The translations under genes were made by a program, and so were the position numbers. From Amoebophrya sp. A120 (lineage: Eukaryota; Protista; Dinoflagellata), in contig CAJINV010000009.1 of assembly GCA_905178155.1 (NCBI GenBank), forward strand, positions 3,658,529-3,722,528: DNA of 64,000 nt. The letters run 5' to 3'. The notes beneath the pieces were generated by a model, which was not told the origin of the DNA, searched no databases, and was given only the letters and a program-made list of their open reading frames with translations. Below are positions 63,530-64,000 of this stretch, piece by piece; within the stretch, counting starts at the first letter, position 1; each line of letters begins with the position of its first letter.

Positions 63530-64000
63530 TATCAGAGTGTCAGGATCTAGATCGAAATCGGCAGAGACGAAATAATTACTATCTATTATACTAGGGAAAG
63601 CAGTCCGGCCCCTGGCCAGTATAGTTAAAGCAAAAAGTTACAGACTGAAGGCCGCACAATTCGTGCGGCTAGGTAGAAAAACCGCGCGCGTTGTCGTTCG
63701 TTCGAAAAATAAAAAACTGCGCGCCAAGATTTTCGTCCAAACGTTAAGCCAAAAAGTGCCGTCGGTGTCGTCCAACCGCGCTCCGGCGCGCAGCCCCATC
63801 CAAACGTTAAGCCAGGGGCCCATCGGTAACGGGCCCCCATCGGGTCGTGGCGCCCCCGCCTGGCCCGCTGCCGATCCCTGTCGCCTGCCCGCCCGACCCG
63901 CGGCCGCCGTTCCCCCGCCCCCCATTCCCCGCCCCCGCCAGCTGCTGGCGCCTGCCTGCCCGGCCCGCGGCCGCAGGGGGGGGGGGCGCGGCCCCCCCCA
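63530..64000. mobile_element. Left end of a D-like element followed by GC-rich sequence (truncated by window end)
   Basis: tatcagagtgtcaggatctagatcgaaatcg resembles the family D TIR; abrupt shift to GC-rich sequence after about 63590. Confidence 0.5.

Overview
Eukaryotic (not prokaryotic) genomic DNA. It is most consistent with a marine alveolate such as Amoebophrya (Syndiniales); this is inferred from intron architecture and co-oriented genes, not from a database match. All recognisable genes are on the + strand: an eEF3-like ABC ATPase, a large unknown Cys-containing protein, two tandem PTPMT1-like dual-specificity phosphatases, a GBP/atlastin-like protein with a disrupted P-loop, and a long coiled-coil protein. 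The dominant feature is about 90 non-autonomous MITE-like elements (mostly 110-480 bp). They almost all start TAT and end ATA, carry terminal inverted repeats (at least 8 TIR families, A-H), share an internal GCAT(G/C/T)ACAAA motif, and are flanked by 5-bp direct repeats. By hand, removing 'element + exactly 5 nt' restores the reading frame at essentially every site in the genes. This holds even when the two 5-mers have diverged and whichever orientation the element is in, so they behave as non-GT-AG, structure-defined introns (or DNA-excised elements). They coexist with a few canonical GT-AG introns. Also present: a nested 'twintron', a GT-AG introner with an 8-bp duplication, an insertion with a 52-bp duplication, and two palindromic GC-rich satellites (54 bp and 96 bp). 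All junctions were traced by eye; no RNA evidence is available.
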